Assembly (NCBI GenBank): GCA_021809235.1
Contig: JAKBAG010000001.1
Span: forward strand, 1 to 52,483
DNA from: Acidobacteriota bacterium
GTDB taxonomy: Bacteria > Acidobacteriota > Terriglobia > Terriglobales > Acidobacteriaceae
Direction: 5' to 3'
Length of the DNA stretch: 52,483 nucleotides
Below are positions 28,234 through 37,411 of this stretch, one piece after another. The notes under the pieces were generated by a model that worked only from the letters and a program-made list of their open reading frames with translations, had not been told where the DNA came from and searched no databases. Position numbers and translations under genes: made by a program. Each line of letters starts with the position of its first letter. The stretch's first letter is position 1.

Positions 28234-31200
28234 CTATGGCAGAGCCTGATATTCCTTTCTGGCCTTCTCCACGAGCGGGATGCCGGGATCGGCATCCTGC
28301 CAGAGAACGAAGAGATCCTGATAGGTCTTACGGCTGTCCTGGAGTTCTCCCCTGGCTGCCAGTGCCCGCGCCAGGCCAAGCATGGCAAGCGTGCCGGTCG
28401 GACAGTTGAGAACGACGCCGCGCTGCGCCAGCAGGGACTGAAACTGTGCAATGGCTGCATCCTGTTGCTGCCGGGCCATATCAATCAGTCCGGCCAGATA
28501 GGTGGAATCCATGCATTGCAGGGGCTGATAGATACCAATGGCATAGGAGGTGGTGGGCTTGAGCCATTGCGTGGCAGCTGGATATTGCCGCCGCTGGTAT
28601 GCCGCCCAGGCATGGATGAGCGGCACCCAGTACTGATGCACCATCGTGTCCAGCGGATAGTCCTGGGCCAGCGTATTGGCCAGGAACTCGGCGCGATCCG
28701 TATTGCCGCTGACAACAAGCGCCATGGCACCAACGACTCGCTCATCCTGTCCCTTGAAGAGCGCAATCGCATGCTCGATATTGGCATCTACGGCCGAGCG
28801 GCTGCCAAACTCGGCCTCCCAGAGCCGCTCGCGCGTGCTCCACTCTGCGGCAGTTTCCAGGTTGCCCGCGTGGCTGGCAATCGCCGCAGCCTTGTCAGCC
28901 AGCTGTCGCGCCTGCTTCAGGCGACCGTAATAGGCGCTGGTATCGGACTCCTGCGAGAGGATGGTGTCCTCCGCACCGGGAATTGCAGCAGCGTCCTGCA
29001 GAACGCGGGTCATAGCCGCTGCATCCCCGTCATAGAAGGCAAGCTGATAGCGAACCAGCTGGATGTTGACGTCGTGCAGGTTAGCGCGGGCTGCGGCATC
29101 GAGCAGGGTTTTGGCTTCGTCGGAGCGATGGAGGGCCAGATAAATCTGCCCCAGGTTGCCATAGACGGGGGAGAGTCCGGGAAGCTCACGCATGACCAGC
29201 AGATTCATCGCCAGCGCCTTTTCAAACTGGCCACTCATCGCGTAATCCAGTCCGAGATTGACGGGCCAGGCCATGTCATGGGGGTAGATTTTGCCCCACT
29301 GCTCATAGGTCTCCGCCTCCTTGTCGAGCTGCCCGGTGACCAGTCCGTAATAGTGGGAAACAACGTAGAACCGCTCCCACTCGGAGATGCGGTCGCGCAG
29401 CTCATAGGCGCGTGTGAGGGCAATGTCGGAGCGGCGTGTCTCACCCATGTTGCCCAGGATGGTTCCCAGACGGGCGTAGGCCATGGCGAAGTTCGGGTCC
29501 AGCTCCGTTGCCTTCTGGAAGTAGGGAATGGCGGCTGCCTCGCCCTGTTCATTCCATTTGCGATTTCCCTGGCTGTAGGCCGAAAGTGCATCGAGCGAGG
29601 GAGTGGTGGCCTCGTCCAGCGGTACGTCAAAGCGGCGGATCGACTCCAGCGACTCTCCCAGCCCGGAGCGTGTGGCATCCGCTACCTGATCGAGTACGCT
29701 CAGCACTGTATCCCGATTACCGACCTGCTGGCTGCGTGCAAAGACTACCGCACCGTTGGAGCAGTGATAGGCCTGAATACCAACCTCATAGCCCTGCCCG
29801 TTGATCCGAATGCTGCCCTGGATCACGGCGGAGCCATTTTCCCGCTGGCAAATCTGCAGGGCCACGTGCAGCGTCAGCCGCTCGTGGTGATCGAGGCCCA
29901 TGTAGCGCAGAGCCTGCACGATCTTCTGTGGAGGCATCAGGTTCAGATACGGAGACTGTTGCAGCTTGGCTTCGAGCGCCGTGTTCAGCGCATCGTCGAA
30001 TTCCGAATCGCCTGTCGTGTTCACAAAGTCCGCCATCACGACCGGTGCCTGGGAGTCTGAGGGAATCTGCGAATGAAGATGATGGCGATAGCCACCGAGA
30101 AGCAGTGCGACCAGGCAGGCCACGGCTCCGATGCCGAGCACCCATCGGCTCCGCCAGATCGAGGATGCACTGGCTGCCCTGCGGCCATGCCGCACAGCCG
30201 ACCGGTCTTGCGCAACCGAAGGAGGCTGCGTGGAACTGTCCCCGCCCGCAAGCTTTGCAGGATTCCGCTGGCTATGCGATTTTGGCTGCCACTCCTCACG
30301 CTCCAGCTGAGCAATCGCCTGCCTGAGCTGCGCGGCCGAGCCAATCCGCTTCTCCGGATCCCTTGCCAGGCATTGCCGCAGCAGCGCATCCCAGGCACGG
30401 GGAAGCGAAGGCGCGTAGCTGCTGGGCAAGGGTGGCTCGTCGGTCAGCCGTTTGAGCGCTGAGAGCATCTGGGAGCGGCTTTCAAAGGCATGCCTGCCCG
30501 TAAGCATCTGGAAGAGGATCAGGCCCAGGGCATAGATATCACTGGCAGGGGTCAGCTCGCGACCCTCAATCTGCTCCGGAGACATGTATTCCGGGGTGCC
30601 GAAGATGGCCTGTCCGCTGCGCGTCAGGGGGTCGTTGCTCATGGTGTGAGCACGGACAGCAAGTCCAAAATCTGTCACTACGGCACGGGGACCTGAGGCA
30701 TCATGTGCCTCGAGAAAGATATTCGAGGGCTTCAGATCGCGGTGAATGATCCCGGCCTCGTGGGCGGCTGCCAGCGCATCCGTTACCTGGCGCAGGATCG
30801 CGAGTGCCTCGTGGGGATCGAGGGCTCCGCGCTCCCGGAGTACCGAAGCGAGCGTTCTGCCCTGCAGCAGCTCCATGCTCACGAGAAGGAAGTCGGGCTC
30901 TCCCCGATGCCCGGACGAATGACGAAAAAGATCGTGGATGCGGCAGACATTCAGATGAGTGACACGCCGGGAGAGCTGCACCTCGCGCCGGAATCGATCC
31001 ACGGACTGGGGAAGGCCAAGAATCTCCGGCCGGATGGTCTTGATGGCAACCCGGGTCTTGAGCTCCTGATCCTCGACCTCATAGACCTCACCCATACCGC
31101 CGTGGGCGAGAAAGGCGATGACCCGAAAGCGGCCAGCGAGCAGCGCGCCCGGCTCAAAGCTGGCATGGTGTTGCACCGTGGACGACGAGGAGGATGGCAG

Positions 31201-31425
31201 CGACGGAACTGCCAGGGCGTTGGAGGAATTCGGAGTTTGCAGCAGATGCGGCTCCAGAAACGAGCCCGCCTGATCGTGCGCATGCAGCAGTTCATCCATG
31301 CACTCACGCAGGGATGGATCCAGTCCGGCAGAGTCCAGAATTTCGCGCTGCTGATCTGGCGCTTTTTCAATGGCCAGCAGGAAGAGCTCTTTGATTCGTA
31401 ACCAATCTTCCTGAGAGATTTGCAT
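28234..31425 (-). CDS. Membrane Ser/Thr protein kinase with extracytoplasmic TPR region
   Basis: AHGGMGEVY, VAIK, HRDLKPSN, DFGLA, GTPEYMSPEQ; TM WVLGIGAVACLVALLLGGY; TPR repeats (ELDPNFAMAYARLG). Confidence 0.93.
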   Translation of the reverse strand: MQISQEDWLRIKELFLLAIEKAPDQQREILDSAGLDPSLRECMDELLHAHDQAGSFLEPHLLQTPNSSNALAVPSLPSSSSSTVQHHASFEPGALLAGRFRVIAFLAHGGMGEVYEVEDQELKTRVAIKTIRPEILGLPQSVDRFRREVQLSRRVTHLNVCRIHDLFRHSSGHRGEPDFLLVSMELLQGRTLASVLRERGALDPHEALAILRQVTDALAAAHEAGIIHRDLKPSNIFLEAHDASGPRAVVTDFGLAVRAHTMSNDPLTRSGQAIFGTPEYMSPEQIEGRELTPASDIYALGLILFQMLTGRHAFESRSQMLSALKRLTDEPPLPSSYAPSLPRAWDALLRQCLARDPEKRIGSAAQLRQAIAQLEREEWQPKSHSQRNPAKLAGGDSSTQPPSVAQDRSAVRHGRRAASASSIWRSRWVLGIGAVACLVALLLGGYRHHLHSQIPSDSQAPVVMADFVNTTGDSEFDDALNTALEAKLQQSPYLNLMPPQKIVQALRYMGLDHHERLTLHVALQICQRENGSAVIQGSIRINGQGYEVGIQAYHCSNGAVVFARSQQVGNRDTVLSVLDQVADATRSGLGESLESIRRFDVPLDEATTPSLDALSAYSQGNRKWNEQGEAAAIPYFQKATELDPNFAMAYARLGTILGNMGETRRSDIALTRAYELRDRISEWERFYVVSHYYGLVTGQLDKEAETYEQWGKIYPHDMAWPVNLGLDYAMSGQFEKALAMNLLVMRELPGLSPVYGNLGQIYLALHRSDEAKTLLDAAARANLHDVNIQLVRYQLAFYDGDAAAMTRVLQDAAAIPGAEDTILSQESDTSAYYGRLKQARQLADKAAAIASHAGNLETAAEWSTRERLWEAEFGSRSAVDANIEHAIALFKGQDERVVGAMALVVSGNTDRAEFLANTLAQDYPLDTMVHQYWVPLIHAWAAYQRRQYPAATQWLKPTTSYAIGIYQPLQCMDSTYLAGLIDMARQQQDAAIAQFQSLLAQRGVVLNCPTGTLAMLGLARALAARGELQDSRKTYQDLFVLWQDADPGIPLVEKARKEYQALP

Positions 31426-31721
31426 GATCGATGAACGTGCTCCGATCTCGTTGCTGACAACCCGTTTCTATCAATTCCCCATGAACAGCTGCATCCGCCT
31501 TCGACCATGTGTGCCGACAGGCCCGGCGAAAAGCCGGATGCAATCTTCCACCGACAGCCGGAATTTGGCCATCAGCAGTTCCGGATCACACGGAATTTTT
31601 CTCGCTGCCTGTCGTACTTGTCAGGGATTTTACGCCATTACAGGCAGGCAGAGTTCGGGATATATCGCCCGGCTCAAAAATTTCCGCATTTCTCAACAAT
31701 GCATGGCTACTGGAGGCTCAC

Positions 31722-34700
31722 ATGTTCCGCAGGTATGGTCGTTCCCTGGTTGGCTGTCTTTCGCTGGTACTGGCAGTGTTTGTCCTGAGTGGACTGCTGA
31801 ATGGCTGCTCGGGCAGCAAGCCGGTTGCCATTCAGCTTGCTGCTGCAAAAACCACCGTCGATCCCACGGACAGCACAACCGTCACAGCCACTGTGATGCA
31901 CGACAAGAACAGTGCCGGTGTGAGCTGGTCAGTAACCGGTGCCGGAACGCTCTCCAACAGCTCTACCTCCAGCGTGACCTATACGGCGCCTGCAAGCGTC
32001 CCTGCGGCTGCGACAGCCACCATCACGGCGACCTCCAATGCCGACAAGACCATCTCGGCCACGATCACAATCCAGGTTCCAGTAGCTCCGTCGATTTCAA
32101 CCACATCTCTGACACCGGCCACTGTGGGCGCGGTTTACAGCGCCTCTCTGAGCGCGACTGGCGGCATCAGCCCCTACACCTGGATGCTTGCCTCGGGCAC
32201 ACTGCCGCCAGGATTTACCCTTAGCTCGTCTGGGGTGCTCAGCGGTCCAGCAGTCAATGCAGGGATGGCTGGCAGCTACTCTGGCCTCGTGTTCCAGGTG
32301 ACTGACTCCGGAAGCCCGACGGCCCTTACGGCAACGACCTCGCCGCTGACACTGGTGATTGCACCGGCTCCCACCATCACCTTTACCACGGCTGCCACCC
32401 TGCCCGCAGTCACGGTCGGCACGGCTTACTCCGCCAGCGTGGCGGCAACAGGTGGAGCCGGCGCACTCACCTATTCCCTTGCCAGCGGCGCGCTGCCAAC
32501 CGGATTCACACTGTCTGCGGCAGGAGCGATTACCGGAACCCCGAATAGCGCCGATATCGGAACCGCTCACTTTGTGATTCAGGCTGCCGATGCCTTCGGC
32601 GATAGGACAACACAGAGCTTCAGCCTGAGTGTGAATGCCGCTCCCGCCATTAGCTTCACCACGGCTTCCACCCTGCCCGGGGCTACAGTCGGCACGGCCT
32701 ACTCCGCCAGCGTGGCGGCCACGGGCGGAGCTGGCGCACTCACCTATTCCATCGCCAGCGGTGCGCTGCCGGCCGGATTCACACTCGCCACCAGCGGTGG
32801 CATCACGGGCACTCCGACAGCAGCCAGCGTGGGCACGGCAACCTTCACCGTGAAGGCTGCCGATAGCTTTGGCGACTCCGCGTCGCAGAGCTTTACCGTG
32901 GTGGTGTCCTATCCCAAGCTCACAGTGACCACCACATCCCTTCCCGGTGGATTGGTGAATACCCCTTACAGCTCATCGCTTGGAGCTTCGGGTGGCTCGG
33001 GCAGCGGCTATAGCTGGCAGGTGCTCACGGGCGCGCTGCCCGTGGGAGTCACCCTCAGCACATCTGGCAGCCTGAGCGGCACACCCACCGCAACCGGGAC
33101 CAGCAGCTTCACGGTACAGGTTACGGACTCTGTTCACAACACGGCCACCCAGGCGCTTTCCATCCAGATTGCAACCCTGGCCATCACCACAACATCGCTG
33201 CCGAACGCAACCGTGGGCAGTCCCTACTCCACCACACTGGCAGAGATGGGCGGCACGGGCCCGTTCAACTGGACTATCACCGCGGGCAGCAGCGCTCCGG
33301 GTGGACTCGCACTCGCGAGCAACGGAGTGCTGAGTGGCACACCCACGACGGCAAGCGGCAGCACGCCGACAGCGTTTTCCGTCACGGTGACCGACGCCAA
33401 CAGCAACAGCGCCACGGCCGTCGTCTCGCTGCAGATTTATCCGGGCACACCGCTGGTCATTCAAACCACCACTCTCTCCTCTGCCACGGTGGGGACGGCA
33501 TACTCGGAAGCCATTAACGTCAATGGCGGAGTTCCACCGTATACCTACTCGATCCCCAACGGCTCGTTGCCTGCCTGGGCCACGCTCAGCAACGGCAAAA
33601 TCACTGGAACACCGGCAAGCACCGACACGGGCAGCTCTACGTTTACCGTCAAGGTGACGGATTCGGCATCCCAGTCCGTGACCCAGTCCTACACGCTGAC
33701 CGTCTATGCCATCTCCGGAGCGAACAATGCCCTGCTGAAAGGCCAGTATGCCTTCCTCGTCAAAGGCTGGATCGATGGCGTGGATATGGGCAGCACCACA
33801 AAGCAGGCCATCGTGGGCAGCTTTGTTGCTGATGGCAACGGCAACATCACCTCCGGCACGGCGGATATGAACAACATCACCACGCAGACCGGTGCTTCCC
33901 CGCTGTCCATCAGCGGAACATACGCCCTGCCGTCCAACAACATCGGACAAATGACGCTGACTGTCGGCAGCAAAACAGTGACGCTGGCATTCACAGTTGG
34001 CACGCTGCAGTCGAGCGTGGCCACAGCCGGAAGCATTGTGGAGTTTGACGATGTCTCCGGAGTGGGCGCCACTCCGGGAGGCAGCCGATTCACCGGCGAG
34101 TTCGCACTCCAGACTCCATCCAGCTTTACGGCAGCGAATCTGACCGGAGGATATGCCTTTGGGCTGGAAGGCGAGACCTGTCCCGTCTACCTCTTTCCCG
34201 GCGCACCTGCCGTGAACAGCAACTGCTCCCAGACGCTGACAGAGGGTCCTGTCGCCATCGCCGGAACCATGAGCTTCTCCGGAGCCGGAGCCATCTCCAA
34301 TGGCATGGAGGATATCGACCTCAACGATGGCAACTGTCCCAACTCCAACGGAACCCCTACCTGCACCTATAACTATCCACAGGCCACCTTTACCGGCAGC
34401 TACGGAACGCCGAACACCACCAACGGACGCACCACTCTGACTCTGAATGCTCCAGCGGCTCTTCCCGCCGGCACACTCGCCATATGGCCCACCCATTATG
34501 TGGCGTATATGGTCAGTGCCAGCAAAATCTATTGGATCTCCACTGACCCGCACATTCAGGACACGTTGCTTGCCGGCAGTGCCATCCAGAACACGGTCAC
34601 CACCTTCAGCAACGCCAATATGAACGGCAACGAGGTCCTCTACGAAGTCTCCGCTCAGGATGACAATGGCTGGGGCACCAGCGGATACGGGCCTCAGTCG

Positions 34701-35252
34701 GACGTAACCCTGGTGTTGGCCAACGTGAACGGCTCGGCTGGAACAATCTCCGCAACCCTGCAGCAGAATGCTGCCGGAACCTTCACAACCAAGAGCGCAA
34801 CGGGCACGTACTCGGTCGCCGCCAATGGTCGCGTGACCATGACTGTCGGCAACCAGCCTCCCGTGATGTATCTGGCTGGTACCGGTATTGGTTACGGCGT
34901 GGAGTCCAGTGGACAGGCCGGACTCTTCCATCTGGAGCAGCAGACTGCCACCGCGCTCTCCAGTGCCACCTTTGCAGGGGAAACACGGATGAGTGTGGCG
35001 CCGTCGAGCCTGTCCACCAGCCAGGTAACCAGCAACTCCGGCAATGTGAATATTCTGAGAAGCAGCAGCAACAGCAACGGTACGCTCAACTGGGATGCCA
35101 CAAACTCCGATACCTACACCGTGGATCCGACCGGCTTGATTACGCTTTCCAACGGAGCCGTTGGATACGTCATCTCGCCCACACGGTTCGTGATCATGGA
35201 CAAGCCAACCAGCAGCAATACCGCTCCCACGGCGACGGTGTTGCAGCAATAG
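31722..35252 (+). CDS. Large surface lipoprotein with six putative-Ig (He_PIG-like) repeats and C-terminal beta-repeat region
   Basis: SD GGAGG; lipobox LLNG|C; repeats T(T/S)LP.ATVG.(A/P)YS..L.A.GG..PY.W....G.LP.G.TL...G.(I/L)SGTP. Confidence 0.88.
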   Translation: MFRRYGRSLVGCLSLVLAVFVLSGLLNGCSGSKPVAIQLAAAKTTVDPTDSTTVTATVMHDKNSAGVSWSVTGAGTLSNSSTSSVTYTAPASVPAAATATITATSNADKTISATITIQVPVAPSISTTSLTPATVGAVYSASLSATGGISPYTWMLASGTLPPGFTLSSSGVLSGPAVNAGMAGSYSGLVFQVTDSGSPTALTATTSPLTLVIAPAPTITFTTAATLPAVTVGTAYSASVAATGGAGALTYSLASGALPTGFTLSAAGAITGTPNSADIGTAHFVIQAADAFGDRTTQSFSLSVNAAPAISFTTASTLPGATVGTAYSASVAATGGAGALTYSIASGALPAGFTLATSGGITGTPTAASVGTATFTVKAADSFGDSASQSFTVVVSYPKLTVTTTSLPGGLVNTPYSSSLGASGGSGSGYSWQVLTGALPVGVTLSTSGSLSGTPTATGTSSFTVQVTDSVHNTATQALSIQIATLAITTTSLPNATVGSPYSTTLAEMGGTGPFNWTITAGSSAPGGLALASNGVLSGTPTTASGSTPTAFSVTVTDANSNSATAVVSLQIYPGTPLVIQTTTLSSATVGTAYSEAINVNGGVPPYTYSIPNGSLPAWATLSNGKITGTPASTDTGSSTFTVKVTDSASQSVTQSYTLTVYAISGANNALLKGQYAFLVKGWIDGVDMGSTTKQAIVGSFVADGNGNITSGTADMNNITTQTGASPLSISGTYALPSNNIGQMTLTVGSKTVTLAFTVGTLQSSVATAGSIVEFDDVSGVGATPGGSRFTGEFALQTPSSFTAANLTGGYAFGLEGETCPVYLFPGAPAVNSNCSQTLTEGPVAIAGTMSFSGAGAISNGMEDIDLNDGNCPNSNGTPTCTYNYPQATFTGSYGTPNTTNGRTTLTLNAPAALPAGTLAIWPTHYVAYMVSASKIYWISTDPHIQDTLLAGSAIQNTVTTFSNANMNGNEVLYEVSAQDDNGWGTSGYGPQSDVTLVLANVNGSAGTISATLQQNAAGTFTTKSATGTYSVAANGRVTMTVGNQPPVMYLAGTGIGYGVESSGQAGLFHLEQQTATALSSATFAGETRMSVAPSSLSTSQVTSNSGNVNILRSSSNSNGTLNWDATNSDTYTVDPTGLITLSNGAVGYVISPTRFVIMDKPTSSNTAPTATVLQQ
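32365..32910 (+). repeat. Tandem 273-bp duplicated Ig-module coding repeats
   Basis: ACTCCGCCAGCGTGGCGGC at 32428 and 32701; GGCGCACTCACCTATTCC and CCGGATTCACACT also recur at the same period. Confidence 0.8.
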
Positions 35253-35303
35253 TCCGGTGTTTCCATCCCAACCCGGATGGGGATAGCGGCTCGGTTCTTA
35301 AGC

Positions 35304-35341
35304 GGCCTACTCACCCCGGATCTCTGATCATTCGGAAGGCC
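35304..35341 (+). ncRNA. Candidate structured RNA (possibly Acido-Lenti-1-like) ahead of a terminator
   Basis: GGCCT-actcacc-CCG-GATC-tct-GATC-att-CGG-a-AGGCC nested stems; family assignment is from recollection, not from a search. Confidence 0.4.
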
Positions 35342-35342
35342 C

Positions 35343-35376
35343 TGCTCCCGGTTCTTATGACCGGGAGCACTTTTTT
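35343..35376 (+). terminator. Intrinsic terminator
   Basis: TGCTCCCGGT-tcttatg-ACCGGGAGCA-c-TTTTTT. Confidence 0.88.
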
Positions 35377-35565
35377 GCGAAACAGGATGGAGTATTCTTC
35401 CTTGACATCAGATTCCCCGTCTACGGCGGGTCATATCGTGGGCATGGGACTGCCAGCCAGAAGCCTGCATACAATGGAATCAGTGCCGTGCGGAGCACAA
35501 ACCGGCAGAGACCCCGATCCACGGCCTGTGCTGAGGCCGCACCGCAAAGCAGAAAAGGGATAGGT

Positions 35566-37098
35566 ATGCGTTCACCGGCAATTCCAGGCAAAGTGCGAAG
35601 CGCGAATGGCTGGTTCTGCCTGCCACGCATCCGGGCAGGAATCCGGGGAAGACTCTGCTCCAGAATTTGCATCCTGCTGGCTGCGCTTGTGGCTGCTGCG
35701 GAAGGCAGCGCCTGTGCACAGACCGCGCCCCTGAATCCGCAGAGTGTCTGGCATGACCGCATGGAGTCTCGGCTAGGCCCAATCCAGAATCCGACGCCAG
35801 TGCCGCTGCTGGACCCGCACACGGCCTGTAGCCAAGCCTGCACACTGCCGGAGCTGATCAACCTGGCCGAACAGCGCAATCCGGCCACGCGGCTGGCCTG
35901 GGAGCAGGCGCGCATCCGTGCGGCCAGTCTGGGAATCGCGCGGTCACAGTGGTATCCGACGCTGGCTGCGCTTGCCGTGGCCAGTACCGCACGCGTGCGC
36001 GTCCTGCTGAACTCGCAGTTCTACCGCCAGACCTATGGCAACTTTGCACCGGAGCTGCATGCCGAGTACCTGATTCTCGACTTTGGAGGACGCGAAGAGG
36101 CAATCCAGGAGGCAAAGTGGAATTTGCTGGCTGCCGACCTGAACTTCAATGATGCGCATCGCAAGGTGATTTTTAGCGTGATGCAGGCCTACTATCAACT
36201 GCTGAATGCCGGCAGCCTGCGCAAGGCTGCCGAGGTGAGTCTTGCCAATGCGCGCGCCGATGAGGCCGATGCCGCAGCCCGACTGCAGCACGGACTGGCC
36301 ACACGGCCGGATCTGCTGGAGGCGCAGGCAGCTCGGGCTCAGGCCGAGTACGATGTGCAGGCAGCACTGGGCAGGGAGGAAATTGCGCGCGGCGCGCTGG
36401 CAACAGCTCTGGAACTGCCACCGGAAACCCCGCTGCAGGTGGCCGAGGTAGACACGCTGCAGGTACCGTCCAGCATGGCCGACAGTGTGCGCGCAGAGAC
36501 GGAACGCGCACTGGCCGAGCGGCCGGACCTGAAGTCGCTGCTGGCGCGCATGCGGGCGGCGGATGCCGAGATTGGCCGTCAGCGTTCGACATTTCTGCCT
36601 ACGCTGCACCTGAGCGGAAATGCCGGGGAGACGCGACAGTATGGGCAGCAGGATCTGCTGCCGCCAGGGTATGGCGGCGGGGAAACCTGGGACGGCGCAC
36701 TGGAGCTGCGCTGGACGATCTTCGACGGCGGACTGCGCACACACGAACTGGCGCTGGCCCATGCCCAGAAGGCTGCCACCCAGGCCCAGATTGATACCCT
36801 GCGCGATCACATCGCCGAGGACGTGTGGAATGCCTATACCAATGCCGAAACCGCCCTCCGACAGCACGATGCGGCGCTGGCTCTGGTCTCGGCCTCCACG
36901 GAATCCTATGCCGCCACGCGCGAATCCTACAATGACGGCGTGCGCAATATTCTGGACGTGATTGCAGCGCAGAAAGCGCTGGCTCAGGCCCAGGCAGAGG
37001 ACGTTACAGCACGAACCGAGGTACTGCTGCAATTGGCAAATCTGGCCTTCCAGACCGGCGATCTGCTGGCAACCACCAGCACGAGGACGATTCCATGA
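35566..37098 (+). CDS. TolC/OEP family outer-membrane efflux protein
   Basis: LPELINLAEQRNP.TR, GLATRPDLLEAQ, RPDLK, IFDGG, YNDGVRNILDVIAAQ; start uncertain. Confidence 0.88.
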   Translation: MRSPAIPGKVRSANGWFCLPRIRAGIRGRLCSRICILLAALVAAAEGSACAQTAPLNPQSVWHDRMESRLGPIQNPTPVPLLDPHTACSQACTLPELINLAEQRNPATRLAWEQARIRAASLGIARSQWYPTLAALAVASTARVRVLLNSQFYRQTYGNFAPELHAEYLILDFGGREEAIQEAKWNLLAADLNFNDAHRKVIFSVMQAYYQLLNAGSLRKAAEVSLANARADEADAAARLQHGLATRPDLLEAQAARAQAEYDVQAALGREEIARGALATALELPPETPLQVAEVDTLQVPSSMADSVRAETERALAERPDLKSLLARMRAADAEIGRQRSTFLPTLHLSGNAGETRQYGQQDLLPPGYGGGETWDGALELRWTIFDGGLRTHELALAHAQKAATQAQIDTLRDHIAEDVWNAYTNAETALRQHDAALALVSASTESYAATRESYNDGVRNILDVIAAQKALAQAQAEDVTARTEVLLQLANLAFQTGDLLATTSTRTIP

Positions 37099-37400
37099 AC
37101 CATGCCTGCTTCCACAACCTCCGGCGTTGTACCCGCTGGCAAAGCCTGCAGTACTTTCTCGGCATGCTTCCGTTCGCCGCCTGTCTGGCTGGCTGCGACC
37201 ATGCTCCGGAGTTCAACATTGTCGGCTCGTACTTTCCGGCATGGCTGCTTTGCATGGCTGCAGGAACGGCGCTGTCCGGGCTGAGCTATCTGGGACTGAA
37301 GCGTCTGGGGGTGGATCGGGAGATCGTTGCCTCGATCGTGGTCTACCCATCGCTGGCACTGTTCTATGCCTGTGCACTGTGGCTGTTGCTGTTTCGATGA
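37095..37400 (+). CDS. ytcA: YtcA family lipoprotein/membrane protein
   Basis: LAGC..AP.FNIVGSYFPAWLLC...VYPSL; ATGA overlap with the TolC stop. Confidence 0.85.
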   Translation: MNHACFHNLRRCTRWQSLQYFLGMLPFAACLAGCDHAPEFNIVGSYFPAWLLCMAAGTALSGLSYLGLKRLGVDREIVASIVVYPSLALFYACALWLLLFR

Positions 37401-37411
37401 GAGGAAGAACG

